Notes under the pieces: model-generated
Told to the model about the DNA's origin: nothing
Databases searched by the model: none
Seen by the model: only the letters and a program-made list of their open reading frames with translations
Assembly (NCBI GenBank): GCA_963737905.1
Contig: CAVTUQ010000043.1
Coordinates: 1-64,000, forward strand
Direction of reading: 5' to 3'
DNA from: an uncultured delta proteobacterium
GTDB lineage: Bacteria; Desulfobacterota; Binatia; UBA9968
DNA: 64,000 bases
Shown here: positions 58,669 through 64,000 of the stretch, in pieces
Layout of the letters: every line of letters begins with the position of its first letter
Position numbering within the stretch: position 1 is the stretch's first letter
Program-made: the position numbers and the translations under genes

Positions 58669-58977
58669 ATGGGAGCAAAGCTATACGTGGGAAATCTTCC
58701 CTACTCGGTGACCGAAGAGCGGCTCCAGCAACACTTCGCTCAGCACGGCTCCGTGGTGAGCGCTCGGATCATCACTGATAAATTCAGTGGAAGATCCAAG
58801 GGGTTCGGTTTCGTGGAAATGAGTTCCGATCAAGAGGCTGAACGGGCGACAGCTGCCCTCAACGGCACGGATTTTGAGGGGAGAAACATTGTCGTCAGTG
58901 AAGCGCGGCCCCAACAACAGCGAGCCCCAGGACCGATGGGTGGAGGAGGCAGGCCACCGCGCGGTAATCGCTACTAA
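58669..58977 (+). CDS. RRM RNA-binding protein with Gly/Arg-rich tail
   Basis: RNP2 LYVGNL, RNP1 KGFGFVEM, VSEARP, RBS aggagg. Confidence 0.93.
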   Translation: MGAKLYVGNLPYSVTEERLQQHFAQHGSVVSARIITDKFSGRSKGFGFVEMSSDQEAERATAALNGTDFEGRNIVVSEARPQQQRAPGPMGGGGRPPRGNRY

Positions 58978-58978
58978 G

Positions 58979-61039
<2,061 letters not shown>

Positions 61040-61130
61040 TCACAAAAAACTTAGCATAAGTCGAACATCGAATGAAGTTCGAGCGAAGCTACATTGACCG
61101 TCTCGGGTGAGTATGTTAACCCTTTCACTG

Positions 61131-62876
61131 ATGGGTAAACGTTCTAGGTGGAGGGTTGCTTTACTCCTGATTCTATCAGGTTGTGCCTCCGCTATGCCCG
61201 AAGTCAAAACGCCCCCCGAAGCCCCCGTTTGGACCCCCGAGGCGCCATTCGCGAGTGACGCAAAGATCGAGATTCCCCCCGAAGCAGCCGGCTTGTTTCA
61301 CTTCCTCAAGGGGCAGTTGTTGCTGGGACAAGGTGAATTCGATGAGGCGTTAAAGGAATTTGAAGCCGCGGCGCAAGCCAACCCGGGTGACTCCTTTTTG
61401 CATTTTCGCTTGGCTACTCTTTACCTCAGAAAAGGAGATCTCAAAAAGGCTGTAGCGGAAGCGGAAATAGCCGTTCGCACGGATCCCAAAGGTGTCGACA
61501 ATCATCTCCTTCTTGCCGGCCTGTACTCTTCTCTCGGAGAAAACCAGAAAGGCATCATTGAATACACCGAAGTTCTTAAACTGGATCCCAAGAACCAAGA
61601 GGCGATGCTCTATCTGGGAGCGCTTTATCTGCAGCTTGAAGACTACGAACGGGCGAACAAAAATCTTGAAGAACTCCTGAAACTGGAGCCGAATTCCGTC
61701 CTTGGACACTATTATCTCGGCCGCGTGCGCGCGAAAAGCAAGCTGTACCTGGCGGCCGAGCAAAGTTATCGAAAAGCTCTGGAGTTGAACCCGAAGTCTG
61801 AAGCGGTGCTGATGGATCTCGCCCTGGTGTACGAACTCGAAGGCAAGACCGAAGAAGCTATCCAAACCTATCAACGCTTGTTGCAAGTTAATCCAAAAAG
61901 CGTCTGGTCGCGGAAACGGTTGGGCGAGCTGTACGTCGGCCAGAATAAGCTAGACGAAGCTCTAAGCCAATTTCAAAGGCTCGAGAGTGCCGAAGTAGAC
62001 CCGCGGGAAACCCGCATCAAGATTGGCCTGATCTACTATGAAAAAGGCGACTTCGAACGCGCTGCGACGGAATTTAATCTTGTGCTGGCGGGTGACGCGG
62101 AGAACGACCGGGCCCACTACTACCTCGGCGCGACCTACGCAGAAATGAAGTCCGACGACAAAGCTCTGGAGGAGTTTTTGCGGGTGCCGGAGAAGAGCGA
62201 GTTGTTTGTCGATGCGCGCGTCCAGGCGGCTTATCTCTATGACCGGCGGGATCAAACCCAAAAGGCCATCGAAGCGGTGCAGTCGGCGCTCCAAAAAAAG
62301 AATGATCAAAAAGAAATTTTCGGTTTACTCGCCTCGCTCTATCGAAAGCAAAAAGACTACCCCAAGGCGATCGAAGCCATGGAGCGCGTGATTGTGTTGG
62401 ATTCCAGGAACGACCAGGCGCACTTCCAGCTTGGCGCTCTCTATGACGAAAATAAGAACAAAGAGAAATCCATCGCCAACATGAAAAAAGCCATCGAGCT
62501 CAATCCCCAGAACGCGGCGGCGTTGAATTATCTCGGCTACACCTGGGCCGAGATGGGAATGCATCTCGAAGAAGCAGAAATCTTGATCCAGCGGGCGCTG
62601 AAGATCGAGCCCAACGACGGGTTCTATATCGACAGTCTGGGCTGGGTTTATTACCAGAAGGGGGATTACAATCAAGCCGTAGAGCTTCTCGAACGGGCCG
62701 TGGAGATCACAGTGGACGATCCCACCATCATCGAACATCTCGCCGACGCCTACGAAAAGGCCGGCAAAACGGACCGGGCGCTCGCCCGTTACCGCGAGGC
62801 GCTTAAGAAATCGAAGGAAGACGGGCAAGTCAAGCGCATCCGGGAAAAAATCCAGCGTGTGGAGAGAAAAATTTGA
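61131..62876 (+). CDS. Long TPR lipoprotein
   Basis: Lipobox LSGC, many TPRs, ALNYLGYTWAE, YIDSLGWVYY, IIEHLAD. Confidence 0.88.
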   Translation: MGKRSRWRVALLLILSGCASAMPEVKTPPEAPVWTPEAPFASDAKIEIPPEAAGLFHFLKGQLLLGQGEFDEALKEFEAAAQANPGDSFLHFRLATLYLRKGDLKKAVAEAEIAVRTDPKGVDNHLLLAGLYSSLGENQKGIIEYTEVLKLDPKNQEAMLYLGALYLQLEDYERANKNLEELLKLEPNSVLGHYYLGRVRAKSKLYLAAEQSYRKALELNPKSEAVLMDLALVYELEGKTEEAIQTYQRLLQVNPKSVWSRKRLGELYVGQNKLDEALSQFQRLESAEVDPRETRIKIGLIYYEKGDFERAATEFNLVLAGDAENDRAHYYLGATYAEMKSDDKALEEFLRVPEKSELFVDARVQAAYLYDRRDQTQKAIEAVQSALQKKNDQKEIFGLLASLYRKQKDYPKAIEAMERVIVLDSRNDQAHFQLGALYDENKNKEKSIANMKKAIELNPQNAAALNYLGYTWAEMGMHLEEAEILIQRALKIEPNDGFYIDSLGWVYYQKGDYNQAVELLERAVEITVDDPTIIEHLADAYEKAGKTDRALARYREALKKSKEDGQVKRIREKIQRVERKI

Positions 62877-63715
62877 TCCCGCGTCGGTTGGCGACGCAAG
62901 GCGCTCTCGGAAAAATAGCGGGACGGGTTCTATTGGCAGTCATCACAGCGGCGATGGTTGGCTGCTCCACCGCTACCCGCCAAATCCCGTTACCCACAGA
63001 GCTTGATTTGGGACAGCCGCCTATCACCGGCTGGACCGTTGACAAGTTAGCCGCTATCCTCGTCCACAGAGACCAAACATTTCAGTCGTTGCGCTCCCTC
63101 GCATCGGTTCACTATCGCGGGCCTGAGGGAAACCAAGGATTCCGGGAGGCCATCCTGGTCCAAAGACCCGACAAAGTACGGTTGGAAACGCTGACGCTCC
63201 TGGGGGCCATCCTAATCGTGACGGTGAATGTGGATCAGATTGCCGGATTTCATCCAAGGGAAGGGCTCTATCTTAGGGGCAAGAGCTCCAAGGAGAATCT
63301 TTTTCGCTACACCGGTATTCCCTTGGAGCTTCATGAAATGACCCGTCTCTTAATCGGGTTGCCGCCGGTAATGAATTCTGCCGATTGGCAGATCAGCGGT
63401 AGTGCGCTTTACCGGGAACTCAACGGGCGGGGAAAAGAGATAGTAGTATTTGATCTCACTCGTGAAGTCCCGATTCGGTGGTACCGCTTAGGTCCGGACG
63501 GAAGCTCCGAGCTAAGCGCAGCCTTTGAGAATTTTTCCTCTACCCCAGCGGGTCTGTTTCCTTCGAAGATAACCTTAGAAGCAGCGGATCAAAAACGGTT
63601 CTTGGAAATTGTCTATCAGGAACCAGAGGTAAACGTCGAAATTGCGCCTTCGCTCTTTGTTCAAGAAAAGCCGGCCAACGCGAAAGAAGTACCTATCGAG
63701 GCGCTGGAGAGATGA
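62873..63715 (+). CDS. LolB-like / DUF4292-like lipoprotein
   Basis: Lipobox MVGC, RPDKVRLE, FPSKITL; sits after the TPR gene, a position often held by lolB. Confidence 0.65.
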   Translation: MIPRRLATQGALGKIAGRVLLAVITAAMVGCSTATRQIPLPTELDLGQPPITGWTVDKLAAILVHRDQTFQSLRSLASVHYRGPEGNQGFREAILVQRPDKVRLETLTLLGAILIVTVNVDQIAGFHPREGLYLRGKSSKENLFRYTGIPLELHEMTRLLIGLPPVMNSADWQISGSALYRELNGRGKEIVVFDLTREVPIRWYRLGPDGSSELSAAFENFSSTPAGLFPSKITLEAADQKRFLEIVYQEPEVNVEIAPSLFVQEKPANAKEVPIEALER

Positions 63716-64000
63716 CCAGGAGGGCTCGCATCTCGGTACTGCTCGTGCTGTTGGTCTTGCTGGGTGGAGGCGCCTATTTCACCTTGAAGTCAGGAGTCCG
63801 CTCGGCAAAGCCGGCGATCACGGTGCGCGCGGCTTCCCAATCTCCGCGCCTGGGCGCGTGGGTTGACGAGGTGGTATTTCGCGAAGAGGCCGACCGGGCC
63901 AAGGCCATCAATATGTTCGAGGCCGGCGAGATCGATGTATACGGATTAGGCATAACCGACCCTGAACTTTACCGTAGAATACAAGCTTCACGAGTCATCC
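63712..64000 (+). CDS. Probable ABC transporter substrate-binding protein (family 5-like), 5' part only
   Basis: Manual translation MTRRARISVLLVLLVLLGGGAYF...GAWVDEVVFREEADRAKAINMFEAGEIDVY; frame open to the window end. Confidence 0.6.
   Translation, partial: MTRRARISVLLVLLVLLGGGAYFTLKSGVRSAKPAITVRAASQSPRLGAWVDEVVFREEADRAKAINMFEAGEIDVYGLGITDPELYRRIQASRVI

Overview
GC-rich, gene-dense bacterial chromosome segment from a diderm. Futalosine-type menaquinone genes, sigma-54 signalling, Sec usage and many UbiD/ABC/Mo-hydroxylase genes resemble Deltaproteobacteria-like lineages such as Candidatus Binatia (inference only). Left to right: (1) a divergent catabolic cluster with NitT/TauT-type ABC importer, two UbiD decarboxylases, an LLM oxidoreductase and a three-subunit Mo-hydroxylase, most of whose larger intergenic gaps hold palindromes built from 7-, 8- or 9-bp tandem units; (2) TolC/RND efflux genes, BamD with a long repeat-bearing tail, a porin-like protein and duplicated TPR lipoproteins; (3) MqnP/MqnL-like menaquinone genes; (4) a ~22 kb glycosylation island with about seven GT-C-type membrane glycosyltransferases (two TMTC-like, with TPRs), two polyprenyl-phosphate sugar synthases, a GMC oxidoreductase/NAD-epimerase pair and a membrane SAM-dependent transferase; (5) MurU/AmgK-like genes, a C-terminal UXX-stop selenoprotein, rsmI, a sigma-54 two-component pair divergent from an uncalled 41-aa secreted peptide gene with a perfect -24/-12 promoter, acylphosphatase, an RRM protein, ligA and outer-membrane lipoproteins. 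Many unrelated genes carry 1-nt frameshifts, most likely long-read errors. No rRNA, tRNA, CRISPR array or transposase was recognised.
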